A stretch of 64,000 nucleotides of DNA, from contig NC_087437.1 of NCBI RefSeq assembly GCF_036321535.1, positions 9,302,001 through 9,366,000 on the forward strand, read 5' to 3'. Both the position numbers and the translations under genes were made by a program. How positions within the stretch are numbered: position 1 is the stretch's first letter; every line of letters starts with the position of its first letter. A model generated the notes under the pieces. The model was not told where the DNA came from and made no database searches. It saw only the letters and a list, made by a program, of their open reading frames with translations. This DNA comes from Camelus dromedarius. Taxonomy: Eukaryota. Below are positions 22,896 to 37,062 of this stretch, piece after piece.

Positions 22896-25239
22896 GAGGC
22901 AGTATACAGCTTGTGTTTGGGAACATAGGCTGAGATTTGACATCTCCTTCACATCAGAGCTCCGGTCTTCATTGGCTATGTGACTTGGGCTCCACTTCCT
23001 CGTCTGCACATAAACACGACACAGCATGCAGTCTACTCGGTTATGATAAGGATTCTGACAAATAATGTGAGGTCAGGAAATTACGCATAGTCCGAAGGGC
23101 CTAGAATCTGTTTAACAAAGACAAGTTCCTAGTATTTTACCGCAGATCGGAGAATAGTGTTTTGCCCAAACAATGCTTGTGTATTACACATTAACAACAA
23201 ATCTCAAGAAAAGCATGACTTCGCACACGATCCTTAAACTATCAATTCAGTAGATGGTATGGTTGCAAGTCCCACAGCGTCTTGCTTTGCCTCTTTTTTC
23301 TAACACATGGCCCAATGATACTAGTTTTAAACCATTCTTCTCCATTTGGTGTGTCATGACCGTCTGAGCTGCCGATTCTCTTCCTTGCCAAAGTAAAGGA
23401 GCACAACTTTGACAAAAACTAGTATTGAACTTGGCAGGTTGATGGGTGTGCTGTGAAAAGCTGAAATATGTTCAGATCATCAGGGTGCACTGAGAAGAGG
23501 GAGGGAGAGCCCTACGGTGCTTCATGGTGGTTTGTTTGTTCTTTCGTTTGTTTTTTCTCTTTTCAGAGACACAAATGGACTGAACCATGCATTTTGTCAG
23601 GAGGGCACCAGACACGTTAAAATACTCGGTTTGGTGTCTTATTCCCACTTCACGTGCAGCCAATCAACGTGATTTATTTTATGAAAACCCAAAGCACTAT
23701 TTTAAGAGATGCCTCTGTTCGTAAAATTGTCTTTTATTGCCGTCACAACACAGATTCGGAAATTACAGTTTGGGCTGCCTTTGGAGCTTCCCGAGTTGGC
23801 CACAAACCTTAAAACAAATGCAGCTTTCCCTTGTACGGAGGCTTACCCTGCCATGTATCTGCTTTATATCTGGGTGACCTACAAAATCAGTCCGATATTC
23901 AAAATTGACACTGAAGGAAGTACTTCTTTCTTTTTCTTTTCAGAAAGCACTGCCATAAAAACGACAATGCTACTAATTGGACAGATACATATAAAAGATG
24001 AGAAAGATACATTACCGGAATTGGAAAAGATTTAGCTTATTTTAAAATCACAGAAATCTGGGAAATAGACATCCTCTGAGGCCTCATAATGACTGCTGGC
24101 AAGAGGCAGATGGATGGAAATCCGAGCAGCTAGGAAGATGTTGGCTTAGCATCATTCCAGAGACACCCTGAGGCCCTCCCTACCCAGAACTCGGGAGGGA
24201 GACCATCATACCAACCAGCCTCGGAAGACCCAGCCCAGGCAGCAATGCAGCTTCAGTGCCGAGTATTCCAGGAGAACCAGGAGCCAGCTGCAGCCTGAGT
24301 CATGGAAAGTGAGGGAAGATCGCCTTATTCCAACTAGGGTCACTCTGGCAGTCTCCAGACAGTTTTCCTATTTCTGAGCTGAAGCCAAGTGTGGAGTCAA
24401 TAAAAAGTAAAGGTACAAATTTCCTTCTCTTTTAGAGTGACCTGCCAAACCCTCCAGACTCCCACCTCCAGATACGTAGCCTTTGAAAGGAAGGATGAAG
24501 ATTCCTTAAAAACTTCAACTTTGTAGGCATTTATTCACCCATGACTATTTCATAATGTACCTCTTTGCCTATCTCTCCAAGACTTTCTTTGATCCAGTTT
24601 TCAGGATGAGTAAGATAAAAACTACAATGTAATAAGAGAGGACAAAATTGATTTTTAGAAAAAATTATTTTAAGGGTAGACCCCAAGAGTAAAATGAAGT
24701 AAGTATATAATCTAATCAGCTTTATAAACAAGAAGCAAAAAAATCATTTCCTAATGAGTCCGAATTCAGGGCACGCCCTCCGTCTCCCCAAGGTTCTTAT
24801 TCTTACACAGGCAGGCATATTACTTGTTTTTGCCCCTTCTGGTGACAGTCAAGAGTAGGAAATGACCCTTTTAAGGAGGTAGGAAGAAGCACACATGAGG
24901 ATTCTGTAAGGGCAGGCTCAGATGGAGAGTTTTCAAGCCAGCTATGGGAAAGCGTTCAGGACTTCGGGGACAAAGTCATCCGCTGAATCCTGTTCCGAAG
25001 CTAGTCCTCTTAAACAAGAATACTTAGCAACATTTTTCTCTTCCTTCACTGACGGCTGTAGAAACACACACATATTCACTAGGTTTGAACAATTTAAGAG
25101 AACAATGTTACTTGACTACATTAGGAGAAAGAATCTTGACTTGGCCCCAAATTCAGCCCTCGGCAAATAGCAAAGTGTTGAGTTGATTTTTGTCCATTTT
25201 GATGATTGAGACACCAAAAAGTCATAGAGCCTCTATTTT

Positions 25240-25432
25240 CAGACTGTCCAATACTACAGAGACTAGTTAAATGTGTCTACTTAAATTTAAATTAATGAAA
25301 ACTAAAACTTCAGTTCTGTGATCTCACTAGTCACATTTCCTGGGTTCAGCAGTCACCGGTGGTGAGTGGCCACCATAATGGACAACAATAAAACATTTCA
25401 ATCATCATATAAAGTCCTGACTGACAGTGCAG
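25240..25432. mobile_element. hAT-Charlie MITE (MER3-like)
   Basis: ctgtccaatac...ctcactagtcacatttc...gtggccaccataatggaca; a second copy lies at 39812-40020. Confidence 0.75.
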
Positions 25433-25483
25433 CCAACGTAGTCGAAATGATCTAAGGTTGTCAAGCCCTCTCTCTTTTCAGAT

Positions 25484-26234
25484 TTCTTTTACTGTTGAAG
25501 TATAGTCAGTTTACAATGTTGTATTAATTTCTGGCATGTAGCATAGTGATTCAGTTTATATATATATATATTCCTTTTCATAGTCTTTTTTATTACAGGC
25601 CATTACAAGGTATTGAATATAGTTCCCTGTGCTATACAGTAGGACTTTGCTGTTTACCTATTTTATACATATTTTATACATAGTAGTTAACATTTAACAA
25701 TCCTGAACTCCCAATTTATCCCTGCCCCTCATTTCCCCCCTGGTAACCATAAGTTTGTTTTTCTATGTCTGTGAATCTGTTTCTGTTTTGTAAATAAGTT
25801 CATTTGTCTCATTTTGTTAGATTCCACATATGAGTGATAACATATGGTATTTTCTTTCTCTTTATGGCTTACTTCACTTAGTATGACAATCTCCAGGTCC
25901 ATGTTGCTGCAAATGGCATTATTTTATTCTTTTTATGGCTGAGTAGTATTCCATTGTGTGTGTCTGTGTGTGTGTGTGTGTGTGTGTACACAAATATATA
26001 TATACACACACATACACACACACCACATCTTTTTTGTCTACTCATCTGTTGATGGACATTTAGGTTGCTTCCACATCTTGGCTATTGTAAATAGTGTTGC
26101 CATGAACATTGGGGTGCATGTATCTTTTTGAATTAAGAGTTTCCTCCAGATATATGCTCAGAGGTGGGATTGCTGGGTCATATGTTAACTCTATTTTTAG
26201 TTTTTTAAGGAATCTCCATACTGTTTTCCATAAT
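25484..26234 (-). mobile_element. 5'-truncated LINE-1 3' end
   Basis: ORF 26060-26317 contains LWKTVWRFLKKLKIELTYDPAIPPLSIY (L1 ORF2); short TSD AGATTTCT 25480-25487 / 26238-26245. Confidence 0.93.
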
Positions 26235-26279
26235 ATTAGATTTCTCAAAGCTTCTATTTTATTTGATTTTATTTTAAAA

Positions 26280-26470
26280 TCACTATTGATCAGATACTTT
26301 CCACATTTTATCTCCATTTAATTTTCAGAACAGCCTATGAGACAAATGAGATAATTCTCTTACAGATGAGGAAATCATAGCTGGGGAAGGTTAAACACAT
26401 TGGCCAAGTACATACCTAGAATGAAACCCCAAATCGGAGGAGCTCAGAGCTCCTGGCAGATGCCCAGCGC
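26280..26470 (-). mobile_element. MIR SINE
   Basis: ttacagatgaggaaatcatagctggggaaggttaaacacattggccaag core. Confidence 0.75.
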
Positions 26471-28177
26471 TATGAAGTATATAGGGTTTAAACTCACTGG
26501 CCCAAAATTTCAGAGGCACGGACAGGAGAACAGACCCCCCCATCCGCTCCCAGTATCTGTCATTTGGGTGAAAACGTGGCAGAGTGAAGAGGTGAAAAAG
26601 GAATTAACATGGTCTCAGAGCCAGCTCTGTGCCAGGGACCACGTCGGATGTGTTGTCTGGGTCTTCTCCAAAAGCCCACGTGACGTACACACTGTAATCC
26701 AGACAGGGGGAGGGATGGTCACTGGGCTTCAGTAATAAAATGGCTTATTTACTGAAGTGGATGAAATGTTATCTCTTGAGGTCAGGTTGGTTCTCATCTG
26801 TGACGTTCCCCTTGTCTCTCCTTGTGGGATGGTCCTATCCCACTTGGGGCAGAGTCCCTGAAGGCACAAAGGAGTTCCATCTCTACCACCACCTTCTGGT
26901 GACCTTGGGCACTGCATCAGTCCCTCCACAGTAGGAAAAACTGGGCAGGTAATGGAAGTACCCGTCACCTTGGATCGAGGTGCTTGACTGTGATGGGAAG
27001 GAATCAAATGGAGCCTGAAAAGTGAGTCCAGGATGGTTGCCAAGATGAGAAACCAAGGGAAAATATATGGAGGCAGAATTGGGGGGAGAGAGCCAGGGAG
27101 AAAGAGAGGCAAACAAGTGTTTTAGAATTTGTAAACCAGCTGTGATCTGAATGCATCTCAGAGCCAGGGGCCAAGCCTGGGGACTATTTATGCTTCAGTG
27201 CACATAGATGTGGTCCTGACAGGTCCTTTTAAAGAATTTAGATATTGATGGGTTTAGGGAGAAAAAGTAAATGTCAGCCAGTGATTTAGTGCCTATCAAC
27301 CCGGAGTTTTCCAGTATTTTGCAATAAAATGAAATAAAATATTAGGACAGTGTAGGGAAGTTTTTTTTTCCCCCCATAAAACTTAATGACTACGATTACA
27401 ATATTATTTTATTTCCTCTGAGGTTATGTCTTTTGGTTTTAAAATATATGTTTTTAAATAAAAATGACATTGATAGTATATGCTAGTTTGTTCATTTTAA
27501 TGTACTTACTTAGCAAAATTAAATACTGGCAACCTTGTGTTAGCTCAAAAAGATGCATGTGTGTGTGATTTATTACTGGCTTGTGAAGGCCAAGTCTAGG
27601 AACCACCCCCATGCTAATGGGACAGCTAGTGACAAAGTTAAGCCCACCTCTGTACCCTAAGGTCGCCCAATATTCCAATTTACACTGGGTCCTGAATCTT
27701 TTTAAAAATGACCATTTAATCAGCATGTCATATTCTGTGAGGGAAGCTGAGTTTACAAGACAAAAAGATGCTGTGAGAACCAGGTGATAAGGTCAAGTGT
27801 TTTTCTCACCATCCCATCCAATTGCATTTACCGAAATTCTCCACACCTTCTGAGTTTATTAGGGCTTCTTAGCTGTGCAAATCACAAACAGTAGAATAGA
27901 CATAGAGGAAATAAAAATACCAAATGGTTAAAAAGAGCTGCCTTAGGCATTGCACAGTAGTCAGAAGCAGGTGCAGTTTTCTCATGAAATAACACATCAA
28001 AATGTGTGTTTCTGGAGCAAGCAATGCCCCCTGACAGTGTCTACTGCTTTGGAGCTGAAGGAAAGATCTATTAACATATCGTTGTCCTGGTCAGTTAAGC
28101 AGAAAGAGGTCTGCCAGTTGTCTGACTGCCTTTGAATCAAGCAACAATATTGAGAGATTTTGATTAATAGCACAAAT

Positions 28178-28380
28178 ACTAACAAGGACCTACTGTACTA
28201 TATTCAATTTCTTGTAATGAATCATAATGGAAAAGAAACTGAAAATATATATATGTATGTATGTATGTATGTATATGTGTAACTGAATTGCTTTGCTACA
28301 AACCTGAAACTAACATTGTAAATTGACTACCCTTCAAAAAATACATTAAAAAAAAAAACTTTAAAAAATTAAAAATAAAA
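28178..28380 (+). mobile_element. Short LINE-1 3' terminus with A tail
   Basis: aacaaggacctactgtac...cataatggaaaagaa...cctgaaactaacattgtaaattgactac + A-rich tail. Confidence 0.88.
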
Positions 28381-30934
28381 TCTTGGAAATTAGGTTCTCA
28401 AAAAAAAAGTTTATGTTAAGTTGTGTTGTGCAGACCACAAGCAGAGGGGACCCACGAGATGTCAACTGTTTTCTTGGAAGATCTCTTCTACAACAAGGAG
28501 AGAGTATATGAATGATCCTCTGGTCTGCGATTTGCAAGACAAAATTGAGCCACGACTTGAGAGACCTCTCTTCCCCCGAGCTCAGGGCTTCCCTGGCTCA
28601 GCCCTAACGCTGCGGACAAGGCTTGCTGCGGGAGAGCTTGCTCCTGCTGGGTGGTTGGAAAGTGCTCGAGATGGCAGTGCTTTTAGGAAACCTGGAGCTG
28701 CACTGAGTGAAAGGCTGTTCCAAAATCCCTTCACGCTGACACCAGGGCTTTAAGTGGCATTTCGTTGTCAGATGGGATGCAGTTTAATTGCTCACAAGCA
28801 ACAGCTCGGCTGTAGGGCGAGTGCCATGGGCCCAAGAAGGTTGTGGAGTTCAAGGGACAGAATATACATGTCTTCCCAGATCTGCCACCACCCGGCTATG
28901 TCACCTCAGGCAAGTCATTTTTATTCATTCCCTAAAGGGTCCTCTTGGAGAGAAAGGATTTGAGGTGGCTTTAGGAACAGCCTGGACTAAAGAGTAAGTC
29001 AGTAAAATAAGATGAGAAAAGGAAGTTGCTTCGTGTCTCCAAGTCTCCGTTTACTGTCTTCTAAGACAGGCAGGTGAGTCTGTCAGGGGATACTGGGTGC
29101 CATTCCATGGCTTGGTGACTGGCTGTCAGAGGAGGAATAGCCTGGGATCTTCATTCTGCAGCTTCCCTGGAACCACGCCGGAAATTCTCACTTAGTAAAT
29201 CTGAAGAGAAGCCAGGGGATCTGAATACATAACCAAAACTGGGAGTTCCGGCAGTAATGTTAACAACTGCCACCGCTAAACCTCCACAACGCTTACCAGG
29301 GGCCAGAGACCTCCCAGAAGCACACACCGCCTCAGATGTGACCTTCTAATGCCATGATTTTATGACAGTGTGCACCTTTCCACTCCTATTTTGCGTAGGA
29401 AGTATTTATTAAGCCAAGGACTGTAATTTTTTTTAAAGACAATCTCCCCATCAACACTGTATGTTATACTTAACAGACACTTAGTAAGTGTTGGTTAAAA
29501 TGCGGAGGATCAGACTAAAGTCTCTTTTTCTGCAATCTGTTCCCAGTCAACTCTGGGGCCGTTTCACATTGGGCAGTGTTCCCTGTTTTCCTGCAGACTT
29601 GCTAAAAGTCGTAGTCTGTCAAAGCCCTTTGCTGTGGGCAGGAGAACCAAGACGGGAAGGTTTCTGGCCCCTTCTGGCCAGATCGGCCTTGACTTCAGGG
29701 TGGAGGTTGAGGGCTCGTCCAGCTGGTGGCCTCTCCCTACACAACATCCTATGAAAATCTACTTCTGATTTCCATCTGTTTTTCTCCAGGCCTCTTCTTC
29801 TTACTAGGTAAGAAGGCGCATTCTTAACAAAGAAGAAACACTAAGAAGATACACATGTCCTGTATTCCCATGTGGGTGACAATTTTAAGCACTACAGGCA
29901 ATCAGTTTCCAGAATCTAAGATGCAAATACATAACATAAACACATCTAGATTTTGAAAGTCTACTAATGGTTAAACAGAAAGGTACCAAACTAGAACAGC
30001 CTGCCCTGGCTTACCCTAGACATGCTTTGATGGCACTGTATTCCAATATTATTTCACTGGTCTCTGCCAAGTAACGGTGAGGACACCCATCACAACGTTT
30101 GCTGCAAGGATGTGATTAGGTACTCATCATATTTATGGTGCTTCCTCTGGGCAGACAGACCCTTGAGGAAAGTGTCCCTCTCTGTATTTTAATTCAACGC
30201 ATCCTCCCAATTAACCTACAGAGTAGATTTTCTTATCATCATGGCCATTTGACAGATAAGGAAGATTATAAGATTTAAGAAATCTTCTCATCATTCTTCA
30301 GCTAGTATAAGGTGGAACCAGCCTTCAAAATCAAGATTTTTCCAAGTCCACAACCTTTATTTTCAAAAGTGTAATTGCATTTCTGAAACACCACCTATAT
30401 CTCAGGGTCACTAACACAATATGTACCAGAAATGTGAAATTCAAGTTCCTCTTCACCAGCATCATCCCCTTCGTCATCATCTCCATCACTGAAGTCTACT
30501 GAGCACACACGGTACATGACTCACCGCGTAGAGTTTACTTCTCTTACACACCCTGTGAGCTGGGTACCACCAGTTTCTCTGTTGGAAAGCTGGGGTAAGA
30601 GATTTCCACAGATGAGGTAATTGCCCAAGTCCACAAAATTAGTAGGTGACGAAGATAACTTGGACTCTTGTAAAGGAATACCTGAGCACTATCTAAGGAC
30701 ATCTGAGATAACGAGACGAAGCTCCCTCATGCCAGAACTTGGTAAAAATATTAACAGATATTCCCAAGAAGCACTTGGGTAAGGATTTCAAGAATGTATT
30801 CTCATCATGTTACCGGATACAAAAGCTTTTCCTTTAAGGATTGAGCTTCCCAAAGGTGAACTCTTTATTCATCTGGAGTTTATATAAAATTCAAATTTAT
30901 ATATAAGTACATACTATTTACAGATGTTGCCTCC

Positions 30935-31200
30935 TTTATCCAATATTTATGGAATTCCTAATATGTGCCAGGCACCATTCTAGGCATCAGTGACAGGGTG
31001 ATGAACAAAAAGTAAAAATCCTCGTCATCACAGAGGTGACAATTTAGTGATGGGAGTGACAGTCAATTAAAAATGGGGGAAAATTGTAACATTCCTACCC
31101 TCAGAGAGCTTCTATCTAGTGCTGGAGAGATAGAGAGATTGAACAAATATGTAGAATCATGAAAGATTTTGGTAAGGTTCATGTAGAAAACCAGTCCTGG
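30935..31200 (-). mobile_element. LINE-2 3' fragment
   Basis: aatatttatggaattcctaatatgtgccaggcaccattctaggc. Confidence 0.75.
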
Positions 31201-33032
31201 AAAGGAGGCAGGGCACACTGGTGAAGTAATGAAAGCTGATAAGTTTTAATTAAATGTAACCAATTTGAGACTGGCTTTCTTAATTTGTTCATTTACTGTG
31301 TTCATGCCATTAGTTTAAACCCTTGGGAAATATATGAAAATTTTACTTACTTCTCATGCTGATTTTTTGTCAATTCAAAACAATTCTGCATGAAAGACAT
31401 TAAGTTAATTTCCAAAAGGATGTAGTTAAGGGGGGTAAAAAGGCAATGTAATAGCGTTTTGCTCTGGGAGACTGAACAATAATGCACAATATGAATTGGA
31501 CCACAGAGCGTATTTTTTAATGAAAGAAACCAGAGGCAGGAGACATAATAAATCTATTTTCAGATGCAGTTGACACGGACTGCTGCCTCTCTCTAATTTG
31601 GAGTGGAGCATGCAGCATCTCTGTTGGATCAGATGTGATAAAATTTAGGGAAACAAAATAGAAACCCTCGTTTCATGTGAAAATTGGAATTAAGTTATAT
31701 GGTCCTCAAGCAAATTCCAGTCCTGAGAAATTATTTTTTCATGTATCTTAGCCAAATATCATAATCTGAATAACTGAGGTATTTGCATTCTATTCTACTT
31801 ACTTATTTGATGAAAATTCATTTATAGGAAAGTTATTCTCATATGTTTTCTCTAATATGTTTATTTTGAACAAACCTATGATGTTATGGATTTTTTTTAA
31901 CCTACCTGAAATTGAAACACACTGAAAAAAAAATCTAAAATTCAGTATATTTGTGAGATTTAACAGAAAAGTTATCAATTATCTAGAGAAAAAGAGGAAT
32001 TCACTTCTTTTGGTCCTTAATCATATGAGAGTGAGATTAAAAGGAAATCATTAGAATTGTGGCAATTTTTATTTTACTCTATTATTTTACCCTTATTATT
32101 TTAGCTTTATTTTACTCTCCTATTTCATGATTATGCAATTTCCTTGGATAAGAGCTGGCTATACCACTTGAATTATACAAAGGCACATGAGTGTGTGTGT
32201 CAGAATGACAGATCTTTAAATTGGAGTAGATGTGCAAACGTAGGAAAACAAAACAACAAAAGGGTAAAGAGGTGGGGCAGAAAAAATACACTTATATTAA
32301 TATTATATTAGTATATTTACCAGTACTCAACTTTTGAACCAAATTACTATGTTCAGGCTATTCTGAATATTCATTCTGGATGCTCTGACTTCACTGAGGA
32401 AACTTCAAATCACATACCTTAAGTTATTTAGATAATCAATATTAAGTCATTAAAATTCTGAAGAATGGAGCTTTCAGAATTGTGGTCTTATAATAATTTT
32501 AGTAAACATAAAATTTATTATGAAGTATAAACATTTCATCAAACTGCATATTTTTTTCAGCTCTAACCTCTCATTCATGTATATACTGCATCATTTATAA
32601 ATGTTAATAAACAGAATGAATCTATGATCTTATACTTAAATAATTTGTTAATGCTTTAAACCACTGGTGCTGGTGGCTAAATAAAGCAAAGAAAAAGAAA
32701 AGATGGCTTTTCAAGTTCATAATAAAAATAAACTATTAAATCAGCCAGAAAGGAAATCCATGATCTTCAAGCTCTGAATAGCACTGGATGCTACACATCT
32801 GTTATTTTTAAAAAATAATTAATATATTTTTAGTATTAAATTTGAAAGGCACTTATCACAATTTAATTATCATTTTCCCATCAATAAAAAGGTGAATATA
32901 TGATACACGTAGTTTAGAAGGACCTAAAGACTAAGTAACACCCCTCTAGTTTTTTCAATTACATAATAACATTTCAGCAAGTTGCATGTAGGTTATGTGG
33001 TTGTGATGGCTTCTTCATAGCACACTAGTATC

Positions 33033-33647
33033 TTCTTTATTCTTGTTTTAGATTCCACATAAGAGTGATATCATTACTTTTCTTTCTCTTTCTGGGTTAC
33101 TTCGCTTTCAATGATGATCTCCTGGTCCATCCGTGTTGCTGCAAACGGCATTATTTTATTCTTTTTTATGGCTGAGTACTATTCCATTTTATAAATGTAT
33201 CACAACTTCTTTATCCAGTCCTCTGTCAATGGAAATTTAGGTTGTTTCCATGTCTTCATTGTAACTAGTGCTGCTATGAACACTGGGGTGCATGTATCTT
33301 TTCAAATTAGAGTTCCCTCTAGATATACGCCTAGAAAAAGAAGACACTACTGAACTCATCTACAAAACAGAAACAGACTCACAGACATAGTAAACAATCT
33401 TATGGTTACTGGGGGGAAAGTGGGAGTGGGAAGGGATAAATTTGAGAGTTCAAGATTTGCAAATATTAACTACTATATATAAAAATAGATAAAAAGCAAA
33501 TTTCTTCTATATAGCACAGGGAACTAGATTCAAAATCTTGTAACAACCTTTAATGAAAAAGGTTGTGAAAACAAATATGTGTAATGTATATGCATGACTA
33601 GGACATTGGGCTGTACACCAGAAACTGACACACTGTAATAAAAAAAA
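33033..33647 (+). mobile_element. LINE-1 3' end with 5' inversion (twin priming) and TSD
   Basis: Antisense L1 33033-33334 joined to sense L1 33335-33647 + A tail; TSD ATAGCACACTAGTATC (33017-33032) / ACAGTACACAAGTATC (33648-33663). Confidence 0.9.
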
Positions 33648-34432
33648 ACAGTACACAAGTATCCACCTAATCAAATTGTGTGTAAATTAATCAATGTTCT
33701 CAAGCCTGAGATTTTCCTTTAGTATATTCTATGATTTCAGGCTTACTCTTTTTTTGGAAGGCAGTGTTTTTCCTTTAGATTTCATTTTATAGAGAGAAGA
33801 GAACTGTCACTTAGAAGAAATGCAATTTAAAATGTGAGTCAAGGAAATGAACTTATTCATACATATCACAGTAAATTATGTCAATTAGCTTAGGATTTCA
33901 ATGGAAGCAAACCACGGTTTTGTTCCCCAGGTCTAATTGTGCTATCAAGAGGCACTTCCCTAAAAGTCAAAGCAGATATTTATTCAAACAGAAAGCCACA
34001 GACACACACACCCTGTAGATTGCTTCCTGATTTTAATAAAGAGATTTCTTTTATTCACCTAGTCATTAAATATATGATCAAGCACCTCCTTTGTATGATT
34101 GCCTAAAAATACAGTGGTGAGCAAGCCAGGCTCAACGGATTCAGAAAATGTCACTGTTTTCTAAGGAGAAATTTCATAAACAATTAGATGATATCTAAAA
34201 TAACTAAAATTCTTCAAGGGTCCACCATGTGCCTGGCTCTGGTTAAAGTGATTAAAATATTTTAATCATCACAGCAATCATCATAACAATCCTAATAATG
34301 TTAGTACGTCTTTTATGCAGATGAGGAAGTTGAGGCACAGTGAATTTAAATGACTTGTCCCAAACCACATAGCTACTACGGTGCCCAGGAAGGGGTTTTA
34401 GCTTCTGCAGTCTTGCTCCAGAGCCCACACTC

Positions 34433-35082
34433 CCTTTTTTTTCCCAACTGAACTATAATTGATTTACAATGTTGTATTACTTTCTGGTGTACAGCATAGT
34501 GATTTTTATATAAATATACAAATATATAAACATATATGTAAACATAAAATATATATATACACATATTCTTTTCTATATTCTTTTTTATTATAGGTTATTA
34601 CAAGGTATTGAATACAGTACCTTGCGCTACACAGTAGGTCTCTGTTGTTTATTTTATATATAGTGGTGTGTGTCTACTAATCCTAAACTCCTAATTTATC
34701 TTTCCCCACCTTTTCCCCTTTGATAACTGTAAGTTTGTCTTCTATGTCTGTGAGTCTCTGTTTTGTAAAATAAATTCATTTGTGATGTTGTTTTAGATTC
34801 CACATGTAAGTGATATACATGATATGTGTTCTTCTCTTTCTGATTTATTTCACTTAGTATGATAATTTTTAGGTCCATCAATGTTGCTGCAAATGGCATT
34901 ATTTCACTCTTTTTTATGGCTGAGTAGTATTCCATTGTGTGTGTATATATACCACATTTTCTTTATCCAGTCATCTGTTGATGGACATTTAGGTTGCTTC
35001 CATGTCTTAACTATTGTTAATAGTGTTGCTATGAATAATAGGGTGCACGTATTTTTTTTCAATTAGAGTTTCATCTTGATAT
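34433..35082 (-). mobile_element. 5'-truncated LINE-1 3' end inserted in a MIR (MIR ~34200-34432)
   Basis: ORF MEYYSAIKKSEIMPFAATLMDLKIIILSE; perfect 14-bp TSD CAGAGCCCACACTC at 34419-34432 and 35083-35096. Confidence 0.95.
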
Positions 35083-35147
35083 CAGAGCCCACACTCTTAA
35101 ATACTGCAAATGCAAATAACTCACAAAAGTTTTAATATGCCATATTC

Positions 35148-35644
35148 ATTTGGGAGAAAATTCTCCATGACTTTTATGCTTCTGCATCTCTGAGCAAAGG
35201 GGCTTGAAAGCTTTCTGAACTATCTTTTCAAGGATGTTTGTACAGCAAAGAGCCTTGGAAGTTAGACAGTGTCTTCCTCTGGGCAGAGGACAGATTTTTT
35301 TCCTGACCAGTATAACAAAGATAATGTCTTTCTTTGGGGCAAAGGTAGGGCAGGCATCCCCTTTGAAGATTGCGGTTTTGCTAAGTTCAGGGCTCCTCAG
35401 CTGTGACACAAACCTACTGTGCGTAGCATCAAGCTAACCCTCCTCGCATCACCCTGTGACCTTGGTGGGCAAAGGGAATCAATGGGAACGTGAAGCTCAT
35501 GGTGCCTGATGAGGTGTCAGTAATGAAATCATTTATCTCTGGCCAGAAGTCTCATGTCTCCTGCCAGAATCTATAAAACTGAGGTAGACTTACTTCTTAG
35601 CTTGCAAGTAGTGTAAAGTCTCAGATCCTGAACCGTTCTTGACA
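35148..35644 (+). mobile_element. ERVL-class solo LTR (MER68/MER77-like)
   Basis: ttgggagaaaattctccatg...ttagcttgcaagtagtgtaaagtctcagatcctgaaccgttcttgaca; 5-bp TSD TATTC (35143-35147 / 35645-35649). Confidence 0.85.
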
Positions 35645-36129
35645 TATTCCAATTCAGTAAGACGTACTTCGTGTCTAGATAGCTATTTTAATTACACTTT
35701 ATTTGAATCTTTATCTGCCTCTAGTAATCCTCAGATTTCTGGACCAATGCATAGTGAAATAAAAGCCGTATTGAACTTGACAAGAAATGACCCAATGGCA
35801 ATCACATCTGAGCTTTTTACCTAGAGAAAATCTCCTCAAGAGCTGAAGCATACACACATATTTACTGGGATGAAACCACAAATAAATGGCAGTTCTGACA
35901 GGCATGACAAAAGGCAGTTTCTTAAATTCACCAGATAAAGACACACACACACACACACATTCCAACTTCAAAAAAAGTAGACCTCATATTTCCATGTAAT
36001 CCAACTCCCACTCTGTGATTTATCAAAATTTAAGAAGCTGGATAGAACCAATCACAATTTTTCTAATGTATTCCAATAATTGTTAAATATGACATTTTCT
36101 AAGTCCTTCGACAGCATAGAACCCACCAA

Positions 36130-36305
36130 TCTTGCATTCCCTACATCTCTGCTCTGTTTCTCTCCAGATCACTTATCACCTTCTGACATATGTCATACAT
36201 CACTGGTTTATCTATTATCTGCCTCCCTCCCCTAAAATGCAAGAAATAACAGAATATGATACATAGTAGGTACCCCATAAATGTTTGCTTAGTGAATAAA
36301 TGCAT
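36130..36305 (+). mobile_element. LINE-2 3' end
   Basis: cacttatcaccttctgacata...acatagtaggtaccccataaatgtttgcttagtgaataaatg. Confidence 0.8.
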
Positions 36306-36862
36306 CAAATAAATCAAAAGATATGCTGATTGATTTTTTACAAAATTAGGAAAATACTGAAAAAAAAGTTTTATATTCTCCTTTATGAATTAAAATATTA
36401 TGAACTTTTTCCTATGTCATTAAATATTCTTTCAAATCAGTATTTTTATGACCATATAAAATTCCATTTTACTGATCTACCATAACTTAAATATTTCTTC
36501 ATTGGAGACACTTGGCTTTTGTCTAGTGTTTTGATATTATAAATGATCCTACCTCATAATTTCATGAGTATTAATCTTTGGTTATCCTCACACAGATAAT
36601 GCAAGATATCCTCATTTCAGTGAACTCCTCTATACAACCCTACATGAAAGCCAACTGTGCTACAGGCTTGCCCTACTTTTAAAAAATTTGATATAGTATA
36701 ACTATTTGTCTTAGTTATAGATTATTTTTATTTTTAAAAATGTTCTTCATATGAGTCTGCTCTGTAAACTTGCTGCCTGGAGACCTGAGAGCCATAAGAG
36801 GCCATACCTGATATATGTTATTATAATGCAAAGGAATCTAAAAAATGGGACTCAGTCTAGAC

Positions 36863-37062
36863 CAGGGTTGACAAATTTTCTCTGCACAGAGCCAGAGAAT
36901 AAATGTTTTCGGCTTTGCCAGCCATAGGGTCCTGTCTCTCTGTCTCAACTACTCAACTCCACTGCTGTAACACGAAAACAGCCAGAGACAAGTTGTACCG
37001 GTGGTGCTCCAATAAAGCTTCATCTACAGAATAGATGAGCCACGGGTTTGCTGACTCTCAGC
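36863..37062. mobile_element. hAT-Charlie MITE (MER58A-like)
   Basis: cagggttgacaaattttctctg...caactactcaactccactgctgtaacacgaaaacagcca...gtttgctgactc. Confidence 0.85.
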
